From Candidatus Falkowbacteria bacterium RIFOXYA2_FULL_38_12 (GTDB taxonomy: Bacteria > Patescibacteriota > Patescibacteriia > XYB2-FULL-38-15), in assembly GCA_001778095.1 (NCBI GenBank), contig MFGA01000002.1, positions 48,827 through 107,095 of the forward strand: a stretch of DNA of 58,269 bases, in the 5' to 3' direction. This document shows positions 17,643-26,381 of the stretch, piece by piece. The notes below the pieces were generated by a model. That model did no database searches, was not told where the DNA came from, and saw only the letters and a program-made list of their open reading frames with translations. The position numbers were made by a program, and so were the translations under genes. The first letter of the stretch is position 1. Each line of letters opens with the position of its first letter.

Positions 17643-18746
17643 CTAGATACTGCCACCAAATTCTTTCCAGCTATCTTCCACCAAACTTTTGATTTTATTT
17701 TTAAATTCCGCAACATCGAATTTCTTGGCATGTTCTCGTATCTCTTCGGGATTATATTTTTCCGGCTTGAATTTTATTATCTCATGCGCCAACGGTTCCC
17801 ATCCCTGATGGTCAAAAAATTCTCCCGTCTTTCCGGGAATAACCGTCTCAAGCGCTCCGCCCTTGTTGTAGGCGAGCACCGGCCGGCCGGAAGCCATCGC
17901 TTCTACAACCATCATGCCAAAATCTTCTTCTTGTGGATGAATAAAGGCTTGGCATTTTCCGTAAAGTTCGGCTCTTTTCTCCTCGGAAACTTTCCCTAAA
18001 AATTCTATATTGGGCTTGGCCATTTTCTTTAATTTTTCGAGCTCCGGCCCATCGCCAAAAATCTTTAAAGGAATATTTAATTTATTAAAAGCCTGCACTA
18101 TCAAATCAAATCTTTTGTAAGCGACCAATCTCCCTCCGGCTAAAAAATAATTTTCTTGAGCGGGAAAAATTCTGAATTTTGAAACATCAATCGGCGGATA
18201 GATCACTTGGCTTTCCTTGCCATAATATTTGGCAATTCTTTTTTGAACTGTTTTTGAATTGGCAATAAATTTATCAACCCTCTCCGCAGCCATTCTATCC
18301 CAAACCCTAAGGCGGGGCAAAAAGAGGGACACTATAGATTTCACAAAACCGCTATGCGGAAGCTCTTTTATGTAAAGATGGGAGTCCGTCCAAAGATAGC
18401 GGGTGGGAGTGTGGCAATAGCAAAGATGAAGCGTCTCGGGACGCGTGATTACCCCCTTGGCAAAAGCGCTGGAGTTGGAAATAACGACATCATAATCATT
18501 TAAATTATATTTTTCGGTGGCAAGAGGCATCAAGAGTAAAAACCATTTGAAAAATCTGACTCCGCCGGGAAATTTTTGGATGAAAGATGTTTTAATGTTG
18601 CTCTCAATAAAATCTTTATCCATTTTTTCCTTATCATAAACCAAAGTAAAAATCGGCGCTTCGGGAAAAATGCTTTGGAAGATTTGCAAAACTGCTTCCG
18701 CTCCTCCTTTTTGAACTAAGTGATCATGAACTATGGCAACTCTCAT
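17643..18746 (-). CDS. Glycosyltransferase family 4
   Basis: MRVAIVHDHL N-terminus and EDFGMMVVEAMASGRPVLA motif. Confidence 0.85.
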   Translation of the reverse strand: MRVAIVHDHLVQKGGAEAVLQIFQSIFPEAPIFTLVYDKEKMDKDFIESNIKTSFIQKFPGGVRFFKWFLLLMPLATEKYNLNDYDVVISNSSAFAKGVITRPETLHLCYCHTPTRYLWTDSHLYIKELPHSGFVKSIVSLFLPRLRVWDRMAAERVDKFIANSKTVQKRIAKYYGKESQVIYPPIDVSKFRIFPAQENYFLAGGRLVAYKRFDLIVQAFNKLNIPLKIFGDGPELEKLKKMAKPNIEFLGKVSEEKRAELYGKCQAFIHPQEEDFGMMVVEAMASGRPVLAYNKGGALETVIPGKTGEFFDHQGWEPLAHEIIKFKPEKYNPEEIREHAKKFDVAEFKNKIKSLVEDSWKEFGGSI

Positions 18747-18751
18747 AATGA

Positions 18752-20170
18752 TTAAACGTTTTCCGCTTCTTTTCTGAAGAGAACCGCGAAGGGAGTTTTA
18801 AATAAAATATATAGATCTAATTTTAGCGACCAATTTTCAATATAATAGATATCCAGTTTAACTTCTTCCTCAAAATCCAAATCAGAACGTCCGGAAATTT
18901 GTGCTAACCCCGTAACACCCGGCTTGATGATTAAAACTTTTCTGTGATGTTTTTTATATTTAGCGACTTCTTCCGGCAAGTGCGGACGTGGCCCAACCAA
19001 ACTCATTTTTCCCGCCAAGACCAAGAAAAATTCCGGCAATTCATCAATGCTAAAACGGCGAATAAATTTTCCCACTCTTGTCACTCTGGGATCATTTTTT
19101 ATTTTAACCAATGGTCCTTTTCTGATATCTTGTTCGGCTAATTCTTTGTAGCGAAGATTGTGCGTGCCCGGCTTCATGGAACGAAACTTAAAATAGCTGA
19201 ACGGTTCCCCTTGTTGACCGACTCTTTTTAAATTTGAACCATCGTCAAATTTGCTCCAAAAAACAGGCCCTCTTGAGTCTATTTTTATGGCAATCGCTGT
19301 TAATATCAAAATGGGCGAAGTTAAGGTAATTAAAAATAGAGAACCAATAATATCAAAGATTCTCTTATACACTTTTCCCCACCCCTCAAGGCGGGTTCTT
19401 TTTATTTCGGCTATCGGAATTCCGGCATAATCTCTTATTTCCAGTCTTGACGATTGGACAGCAAAAAGATCGGTTGAATATTTAAAAACAATATTATGCT
19501 GGTTGCAGAAATCAAAAAGATTTAAATTTTCCTCGTGGCTCCCCGTTCCATTGGTCTGGATAACTTCATCAACGCCGATTGTTTTTTGCAGATCGCTCAA
19601 ATCCGCGGCGGCATCTTCGTCAAATTTTTTATATCTTTTAATAACTTTTAAGCCAAGACCCGGCCTCTTGCAAAATCCATTAACCAAAATGTCAGCGGCC
19701 TTGTCTTCTCCGAAAACTACGACTCGATGAATGCCTACGCCATATCTAAATAAAGCTCTTTGAAAAAATCTGATTGCGATTCGACCGATACTGACAAAAA
19801 AAATCGCCAAAACCCAGGCGACTAAAATGATAAATCTTGAAGAAAACAATTCTCTTTCAAAAAAAATAAGAAGAACGATAAAAACAAATCCCGTAGAACA
19901 CGCTAAAAATATTTTTGCCAATTCATCTAAAATTCTTTTTGTTCCGCCGATCGTGTAGAGACCGGAAATGGCAAAAATAATAAGCCAGACTACGGCCATA
20001 ACTCCGGCTACTTTTAAAAAATCAAAGAGCGGCATTTCGTAGACAATGGGCCTAAAATCAACCATGGTCTGAAATCTCAAAAAATAAGCCGCCAAGGTCG
20101 CCGAAACTATCATCAAAAAATCAATTGGTAAAAGAGCGACGGAAAAAATAAGCTCTGATTTCTTAAGCAT
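18752..20170 (-). CDS. Polyprenyl-phosphate sugar phosphotransferase (WbaP/bacterial sugar transferase family)
   Basis: N-terminal TM segments plus a C-terminal block: KRIFDIIGSL...FKFRSM...DPRVTRVGKFIRRFSIDELPEF...MSLVGPRP. Confidence 0.85.
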   Translation of the reverse strand: MLKKSELIFSVALLPIDFLMIVSATLAAYFLRFQTMVDFRPIVYEMPLFDFLKVAGVMAVVWLIIFAISGLYTIGGTKRILDELAKIFLACSTGFVFIVLLIFFERELFSSRFIILVAWVLAIFFVSIGRIAIRFFQRALFRYGVGIHRVVVFGEDKAADILVNGFCKRPGLGLKVIKRYKKFDEDAAADLSDLQKTIGVDEVIQTNGTGSHEENLNLFDFCNQHNIVFKYSTDLFAVQSSRLEIRDYAGIPIAEIKRTRLEGWGKVYKRIFDIIGSLFLITLTSPILILTAIAIKIDSRGPVFWSKFDDGSNLKRVGQQGEPFSYFKFRSMKPGTHNLRYKELAEQDIRKGPLVKIKNDPRVTRVGKFIRRFSIDELPEFFLVLAGKMSLVGPRPHLPEEVAKYKKHHRKVLIIKPGVTGLAQISGRSDLDFEEEVKLDIYYIENWSLKLDLYILFKTPFAVLFRKEAENV

Positions 20171-20230
20171 ATTTTAAATAAAAGGTTACCCTCTTTTACG
20201 AGGGGAATTTTTATTAGGTTTTTATTCAAC

Positions 20231-20672
20231 TAGCTATAAGCCGGATTCTGTATGGCATATAAATATGCCACGGCAGCCATCTATCTAGGATCCAAATTGC
20301 TCTGGACCTCAAGCGGTCGAAACTGACCTTGCACCGGATAGGTGTTTTCCACGACGCCTGTCACCAGGCTGTCCCGCGTGAGCTCTTACCTCACGATTTC
20401 AACCTTACCCCACTTCGCTAAAGCTTCACGGGGCAAGCCCCCGCGAATAAGGCGAAATATTCATCCCTTAAAGATTGAGGTGGTGTATTTTCTGTTGCAC
20501 TCTCCGTGGGCTTCAATACTTTTCTTTTTGCTACTTCTCCGCTTTTAACGAAAAAATAACATAAATAGAATACCTTATTCCCCGTCGCTGTTAGCGACTA
20601 TCTCTGAAGCGAAAAATACGCTTCGGTGTCCGGACTTTCCTCCCCACCCCCTTCAGGGGAGCAGGGTAGCTA
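20231..20672 (-). ncRNA. rnpB: RNase P RNA (bacterial type A)
   Basis: The minus-sense sequence contains GGGGAGGAAAGTCCGGACACC, GTGAGGTAAGAGCTCAC and ACAGAATCCGGCTTAT, which match universally conserved RNase P RNA blocks. The ends are approximate (P1 tagcta/tagcta). It carries an AT-rich internal extension. Confidence 0.85.
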
Positions 20673-20691
20673 CCCGCTAATCAAATAAACC

Positions 20692-20714
20692 CCATGCCAC
20701 AATAAAGGGCATGG
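20692..20714 (-). terminator. Hairpin with a downstream T-rich tract (minus sense), between the long hairpin and rnpB
   Basis: Stem ccatgcc/ggcatgg. The minus-sense continuation is ggtttatttg. Confidence 0.4.
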
Positions 20715-20716
20715 AT

Positions 20717-20896
20717 ATAGCCATCCCACTTCAGAATCGGACATAGAACGCAGGAAAAATTGCCGGCTGGCGCAGCTTTGGAGCGTGGAAAATTTTGAGC
20801 CGTAGCAGTAGCTACGATGAGAAATTTTCTAGTGAAAAGCAAGCCAGAGGCAATTTTAACAAGTTATTGGGTACGATTTTGAAGTGGGATGGCTAT
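20717..20896. ncRNA. ~180-nt rod-like imperfect hairpin; candidate structured RNA (6S-like architecture), strand unresolved
   Basis: 23-bp closing stem (20717-20739 / 20874-20896, one G:U in plus sense). A large internal loop of 14 and 16 nt follows, then stacked helices aaaattgcc/ggcaatttt, ggctggc/gcaagcc and gaaaattt/aaattttc. The apical hairpin is cgtagc-agta-gctacg. Confidence 0.4.
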
Positions 20897-20946
20897 GATA
20901 AAAGGTACTATAAAATCGTCTTTTTGTCAAAGGGTTGTATCCCGTC

Positions 20947-21729
20947 CTATTCACTAATATAAGTAAAATGTGAATAGCAGGCAGGCGCCCCACTACCGCC
21001 AGTAAATAGCAATCTTTGTAATTTTATTGTGACTGGATTTTGTACACTGGACTCTAATATCTTTTCTGATAATTCCGACGAAACCTCATATTCTTTCATG
21101 CCAATTTTATCAGAATCATTGAAATAAGTTATTGTTTGGTTTTCTGCACACCCTAACTTCACTTTTGCATCCAGTAAATCAAGTATGGTGGCATTACTTG
21201 CCGTGTTCAAAATTTTAAACAGCACTGACTTATATTTTTTACAGTTCTTTTCGCAAAATGGCTCTTCTATGTCTTCCGTTACTGCATATCCGGTAACGGT
21301 TAACGTGCCGTAAATATTTCCTTGTTCATCGGGTAGAAACAAAGAACGCTTTTCTAGCTCCACGAGTTCCGGCAATGTAATATTATCTTGTGCTGTCATT
21401 GGTACATTTTCGCAAAATTTTACACTATGGCAACTTGCAAAACTGGAAGCCATCGTATCGCCACATGTTGTGCATAAATATTTATTTATTGAACCCTGAG
21501 AGCATGTTTCTCCGAACGAAATGCAATATGCCTCGATATCTTCTCCTGATAATTTTTCGTTTTGAATTGTTAAATCTTCGATCTGACTTTTTAAATCCCT
21601 GGCTTCTTCCCTGCCTTTTTCTTTAGCTTGCCATAAAATAAACAGAGCGCCGGCCGTAATTATCGCGCCAGCCAAGATGCCGATTAAAATTGGCCAAACC
21701 TTTTTTTGACAATTTTCACTGTTTTGCAT
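20947..21729 (-). CDS. Hypothetical membrane-anchored, Cys-containing protein
   Basis: 260 aa. One N-terminal TM segment (VWPILIGILAGAIITAGALFILW), a short coiled-coil-like stretch and a Cys-rich extracytoplasmic part. Confidence 0.65.
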   Translation of the reverse strand: MQNSENCQKKVWPILIGILAGAIITAGALFILWQAKEKGREEARDLKSQIEDLTIQNEKLSGEDIEAYCISFGETCSQGSINKYLCTTCGDTMASSFASCHSVKFCENVPMTAQDNITLPELVELEKRSLFLPDEQGNIYGTLTVTGYAVTEDIEEPFCEKNCKKYKSVLFKILNTASNATILDLLDAKVKLGCAENQTITYFNDSDKIGMKEYEVSSELSEKILESSVQNPVTIKLQRLLFTGGSGAPACYSHFTYISE

Positions 21730-21749
21730 ATTTTTTAGTTAAAATTACT

Positions 21750-22003
21750 TTATTTTATTTCTCCCAAGTCTCCATCCAAAACTTTTGTATACATCGCCAA
21801 AATTTCATCTTTATATTTTACTTCCGGAACAGGATTAAGCAAAAATATTTTTTTATCGTTTAAAACCAATCTCCTTTTTCCCCGCGGACAAAAGCTTCAT
21901 AATCAGGGTGAACAATTACCTCGTGTCCCAACTTTTCCAACAGCTTTTTATATTCAAGTATTTTTTCTTTGAAAGAGCTACTTCCGCAAATGGTAATTTT
22001 CAT
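21750..22003 (-). pseudogene. Degenerate remnant of a small nucleoside 2-deoxyribosyltransferase-like gene
   Basis: The ATG at 22003 overlaps the upstream TGA (ATGA). It reads MKITICGSSSFKEKILEYKKLLEKLGHEV... for 47 codons to a TAA. A different frame then reads KKIFLLNPVPEVKYKDEILAMYTKVLDGDLGEIK to a stop at 21750. The two pieces look like the N- and C-termini of one family, with the middle missing. Confidence 0.35.
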
Positions 22004-23124
22004 AAATTTAGTTCTTTATAGGTTATCGCTTGAAAATCCGGATCTTCCCAACCTTCTTTTACTACCTCGAGGGATATTCTTGCAAATGAAGGAGAAATGG
22101 CTTGCCCCTTATAACCGCTGTTAGTACTTTTTTGACCTCCATTTGAAAAAATTGTTACTAATTTATTTTTAAAAAATTTTGAGACAATATTATTCCCTTT
22201 TTTCATAACTATGTCATGACTTCTCGCCATAACAGTCGCTCCAATTCTTTCCATAAAGCGTAAAAAATGATCTTTACCAAAAACTTTTCCCCCCATACCT
22301 CGTCTTGGATTATCACCAATTCCCAAAAATTTAGTTGACGGATCTACCCATCTCGTTTCTTTTAACGCTACTTTGTCACTGTTCATTTTTCTCAAAGATA
22401 TTCCACTATCGCATGGAGCACCCCCATGAACTGCAATAAGACCGTTCCCTGCAACAAGAACTGACGGAAAAATTTTAAAGAGATTGTGGTACTCTAAAAA
22501 TACTTCGCCACCGTTGGTCTTTCCCCCCAAAAAATCCATTTCTTTTTTTTCATCTTCATCAAATGTATCCATCATTTCTTTAGCAAAAGTGTCCCCGCTT
22601 TTTTCTCCAAAAACCATCATTCCTCTTTCTTCGTGATTACCCCGTAATAGAAAAATATTATTAGGGTATCTCTTCTTTAAATCTAAAACCAATTCTATCG
22701 CTTGCTTGCTTTTCTTTCCTCTATCTATATAATCGCCTAAAAAAATTATTTTCAGATTACTACCTTTCTCCATTTCTTCTATAAACCTATTTTGTTCTAA
22801 AATAGAAATTATGCTCTCCGGATCGCCATGTACATCTCCGACAATAATAGCCTCTCCTTTTTTAGGAAGATAAATAATATTATCATCAAAAAAAATTTCT
22901 TCTCCGTTTTGTCCATCCAAAATGTCGGGAATACTATCTTTTATTTTTCCCCCACCTCTTCTTTTTTCTTCTTCTAAAGTTACTCTTACTTCACTCGCTA
23001 GCCTAATCATCTCTTCTTTACTTCTTTTTCCCGCTTTTTCGTATATTTCCTTTTTCACACGCCTAATCCTGTCTTCTTGACTTTCTCTAATTTCCGCACT
23101 TGTAAATCCTCTATCAAAAATCAT
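22000..23124 (-). CDS. PPP-family serine/threonine protein phosphatase (metallophosphoesterase)
   Basis: GDVHGD, GDYIDRG and GNHE motifs in canonical order. There is a ~90-aa N-terminal extension. The start overlaps the trpS stop (ATGA). Confidence 0.8.
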   Translation of the reverse strand: MIFDRGFTSAEIRESQEDRIRRVKKEIYEKAGKRSKEEMIRLASEVRVTLEEEKRRGGGKIKDSIPDILDGQNGEEIFFDDNIIYLPKKGEAIIVGDVHGDPESIISILEQNRFIEEMEKGSNLKIIFLGDYIDRGKKSKQAIELVLDLKKRYPNNIFLLRGNHEERGMMVFGEKSGDTFAKEMMDTFDEDEKKEMDFLGGKTNGGEVFLEYHNLFKIFPSVLVAGNGLIAVHGGAPCDSGISLRKMNSDKVALKETRWVDPSTKFLGIGDNPRRGMGGKVFGKDHFLRFMERIGATVMARSHDIVMKKGNNIVSKFFKNKLVTIFSNGGQKSTNSGYKGQAISPSFARISLEVVKEGWEDPDFQAITYKELNL

Positions 23125-24104
23125 ATATCTAATCCTGTTTTTTTTCTAACTTCTCGTAAAGTTTTTTGCGCTAATTCCCTCGCCTTTTCAGCGCCATTTT
23201 TTAAAATCTCTTTTACTTTTTCAGGATTACTTTCAAAAACTTTTCTTTTTCTTCTAAAATCTTCAAATTCCATGCCTAAATTTTTCGCTAATATCTTTTT
23301 GCAATCAAGGCAACCAAACTTCGCCCCGCGACAATTGCCATTAATTTCCTTAATTTCATCCGCGGAAGAAACTAATTTATGCAGACTGTAAATATTGCAA
23401 ACGTCAGGATTTCCCGAATCGGAAATTCTTTTTCTGGCCGGATCGGTCACTGCCGGCTGTAATTTTTTCCAAATTTCTTCAGGAGAATCGGAAAGCAAAA
23501 TTCCTTCTCCACCAGTTTTGCTCATTTTTTTGGACGGATCGTAAAGAGACATCACTCTTGCGCCACTCGAAAGAACTGCCTTGGGTAAAGGAAATGTTTT
23601 GCCAAAAATTCTATTGAACCTCTTGGCAATTTCTCGCGCCAGCTCAATATGAGGCAATTGATCTTCCCCCACCGGCACTATATTTGATTTATAAATTAAA
23701 ATATCCGCCGCCATTAAAACCGGATAAGAAAGCAATCCCAAATTAACATATTCGGGATGCTGGGCGACTTTTTCTTTAAAAGTTGGCACGCGCTCAAGAA
23801 TGGAAACAGGAGTGATTGTTCCCAAAATCCAACCAAGCTCCGTATGCTCCGGAAGGTCGGATTGGATAACCAAAGCGCTTTTTTTGGGATCAACACCAAC
23901 CGCAAGATAATCCAAGATAACCTCGTATTTTTCTTTAAACATTTCCTTTGGGTCAAACGGAGTCGTAAGACCATGGTAATCAACAACTGCAAAAATACAG
24001 TCAGCTTCATCTTGAAGTTTAAGCCAACTTTTTATCGCGCCAAAATAATTTCCAATATGCAAACGGCCTGACGGGCGAATACCCGAAAAAACTCGCGGCT
24101 TCAT
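23121..24104 (-). CDS. trpS: Tryptophanyl-tRNA synthetase
   Basis: 327 aa. SGIRPSGRLHIGNYFGA (HIGH region) and KMSKT motif. Confidence 0.95.
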   Translation of the reverse strand: MKPRVFSGIRPSGRLHIGNYFGAIKSWLKLQDEADCIFAVVDYHGLTTPFDPKEMFKEKYEVILDYLAVGVDPKKSALVIQSDLPEHTELGWILGTITPVSILERVPTFKEKVAQHPEYVNLGLLSYPVLMAADILIYKSNIVPVGEDQLPHIELAREIAKRFNRIFGKTFPLPKAVLSSGARVMSLYDPSKKMSKTGGEGILLSDSPEEIWKKLQPAVTDPARKRISDSGNPDVCNIYSLHKLVSSADEIKEINGNCRGAKFGCLDCKKILAKNLGMEFEDFRRKRKVFESNPEKVKEILKNGAEKARELAQKTLREVRKKTGLDI

Positions 24105-24159
24105 AAATTGATGAATTATGAATTATGAACTCTAACAACTATCAACTAAAATCTAATGA

Positions 24160-25875
24160 CTAAACCTCAATAATCACCGGCAAAACCATCGGTCTTCTTT
24201 CTGTTTTTGTAAACAAGAATTGACCGATATTGTCTCTTATCTTATTTTTGATGAAAATATTATCAGCGGCGGATTTCGGATCTCGGTCAGTGATCAGTTT
24301 CTTCACCTTGCTTCTTACTTGTTCAATCAATTGCTTACTTTCTCTCATATATACAAAACCTCTGGAAATTATATCTGGACTACCTATCAAATATCCTGTT
24401 TTGCCGTCAACGGTCACGATAATAACAATCATTCCGTCTTCGGCCATCATTTGACGATCGCGTAAAACCACTTGGCTAACATCTCCGACTCCCAAACCGT
24501 CAACCATAACATAATCAGCCGGAACATGTTGAGGAGTAAGTCTTCCTACCGCGCCATAAGTTTCTCTTGGCGAAGATTGAAATTCCATCACTTGACCATT
24601 GTCCGCCACAAAAATATTTTTTGAATCAAGACCAATGCTTTCGGCAATTTTAGCATTCATTCTTAAAAAAGAATGCGGTCCGTGTATCGGAATATAATAC
24701 TTCGGCCGAACAAGACAAATCATCAATTTAATATCTTCCGCTTTGGCGTGTCCTCCAGCGTGAATGTCCATCATTTTGTAATGAATAACATCGGCGCCTT
24801 TTCGATAAAGAGTGTCTTTCAAGCGTTGAATCGTCCGTTCGTTTCCGGGGATAACCGATGAAGAAAAAATCACGGTATCTTTAGGCTCAATTCTGACAAA
24901 ACGATGTTCCTCATTGGCTATCCTCATTAAAACAGCCCTGCCTTCGCCTTGCGCTCCGGTACAAATAACAATCATTTTTTCTTGAGGATAGTTGTGAATA
25001 TCTTTGATATCAATCAGTGTTCCCGGCTTTACTTTTAAATATCCAAGCGTTTTTACTATTTCCACATTAGTCTTCATACTGAACCCGTCAACCGCGACTT
25101 TTTTTCCCATCTCTTCAGCCAGAGTGATTATTTGTTCAACTCTTGATAAAAGAGAAGAAAAAGTTCCAATAATAATTCTGCCCGGAGCTTTTTCAATAAT
25201 TGATTTTAAATTTTTTCCAATCTCTTGCTCGGAAATTTGGTGTCCTTCTTCCGGCGCGTCAGTACTGTCACACAGCAAGGCTAAAACCCCCGCTTTGCCG
25301 ATTTGAGCGATCTTTGAAAAATCAGCCGGTCTCTCTCCAACCGGAGTATAGTCAAATTTCCAATCTCCGGTATGAACTATTGTGCCAACCGGCGTTTTTA
25401 TAACCACACCCACGGAATCGGGAATACTGTGATTGACATGAAAAAAACTAACCTCAATCTTTCCCAAAGTCAAAGTTTCGTCTTCTTTTACCACTGCCAA
25501 ATTCAACGGCTCGCTTTTATAATCTTCCTGCCTTCTCTTGATCATCGCGCAAGTCAACTTCGTTCCATAAATTGTTGGATTCCCAAGACGAGGAGCCAAG
25601 TGAGGTATTCCACCAATATGATCCATGTGCCCATGAGTGATAACAATACCCCGAATATTTTTCTCCTTACCCTTTAAGTAAGAAATGTTGGGAATAATAT
25701 AATCAATTCCCGGCATATCTTCTTCCGGAAATTGCAAACCCATATCAATGATAATGATATCGCTCCCATATTCAAAGAGAGTCATATTTCGTCCGACCTC
25801 TTCCAAGCCGCCGATAGCTATAATCCTTAACTTTAACGGGCTTTTATCGTAGCCACCCTTAGTAGCAGGAGACAT
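24160..25875 (-). CDS. rnj: Ribonuclease J
   Basis: The start is moved to MSPATKGG (25875), which has AAGGAG 8 nt upstream. It has the metallo-beta-lactamase HGHMDHIGG motif plus beta-CASP and C-terminal domains. Confidence 0.9.
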   Translation of the reverse strand: MSPATKGGYDKSPLKLRIIAIGGLEEVGRNMTLFEYGSDIIIIDMGLQFPEEDMPGIDYIIPNISYLKGKEKNIRGIVITHGHMDHIGGIPHLAPRLGNPTIYGTKLTCAMIKRRQEDYKSEPLNLAVVKEDETLTLGKIEVSFFHVNHSIPDSVGVVIKTPVGTIVHTGDWKFDYTPVGERPADFSKIAQIGKAGVLALLCDSTDAPEEGHQISEQEIGKNLKSIIEKAPGRIIIGTFSSLLSRVEQIITLAEEMGKKVAVDGFSMKTNVEIVKTLGYLKVKPGTLIDIKDIHNYPQEKMIVICTGAQGEGRAVLMRIANEEHRFVRIEPKDTVIFSSSVIPGNERTIQRLKDTLYRKGADVIHYKMMDIHAGGHAKAEDIKLMICLVRPKYYIPIHGPHSFLRMNAKIAESIGLDSKNIFVADNGQVMEFQSSPRETYGAVGRLTPQHVPADYVMVDGLGVGDVSQVVLRDRQMMAEDGMIVIIVTVDGKTGYLIGSPDIISRGFVYMRESKQLIEQVRSKVKKLITDRDPKSAADNIFIKNKIRDNIGQFLFTKTERRPMVLPVIIEV

Positions 25876-25980
25876 AACGTTTTCTCCTTGCCCCTGGTTT
25901 AATCTTTTCGGTTTTCCCGATTTTCTAAAAAAAATCATAAATAATTTTTATTTTATATAATTTATAAACAAACTTAATAA

Positions 25981-26064
25981 TGGGGATGGAGAGACTTGAA
26001 CTCTCACGATCTTGCGATCATAGCGCTCTGAACGCTACGTGTCTGCCAGTTTCACCACATCCCC
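25981..26064 (-). tRNA. tRNA-Leu (anticodon CAG), long variable arm, no encoded CCA
   Basis: Acceptor GGGGATG/CATCCCC, anticodon stem-loop tagcg-TTCAGAG-cgcta, variable arm hairpin gatcg-caa-gatcg region. Confidence 0.9.
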
Positions 26065-26083
26065 AAGAACTGGCTTCACCTAT

Positions 26084-26350
26084 CTATTGTTTGGGTAATT
26101 CTAACCTTTTTCTTAGATAATCCTCAATTTCTCCCGAACTTCTTCCTTCCTCTAGTCCTTTTTTTATTCCTTCTTCTAGAATTCTTCTTGTTTCCATTTC
26201 TCGAAGACCTTTGAATGTTCCGCCAAATTGTCCCGTAAAATTTCTTTTTTCTAAATCCTCTCTCACTAACGTTTCAATTAAATTTTCAGCATCGCATTTC
26301 TCTATGGTTTCATCCACTAAATCCGATTGTGGTATTTCTATCCTATTCAT
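26084..26350 (-). CDS. Hypothetical small protein (88 aa)
   Basis: The start is moved to MNRIEIPQ (26350), because the longer ORF overlaps the upstream gene. It is charged and helical-looking, with no recognisable family. Confidence 0.45.
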   Translation of the reverse strand: MNRIEIPQSDLVDETIEKCDAENLIETLVREDLEKRNFTGQFGGTFKGLREMETRRILEEGIKKGLEEGRSSGEIEDYLRKRLELPKQ

Positions 26351-26381
26351 AAAATTAATTTTTAAAAATTTATTAAAATTG

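Noticed and set aside
20342-20548. 68-aa plus-strand ORF
   Set aside because: It is antisense to the conserved core of RNase P RNA and is not a gene.
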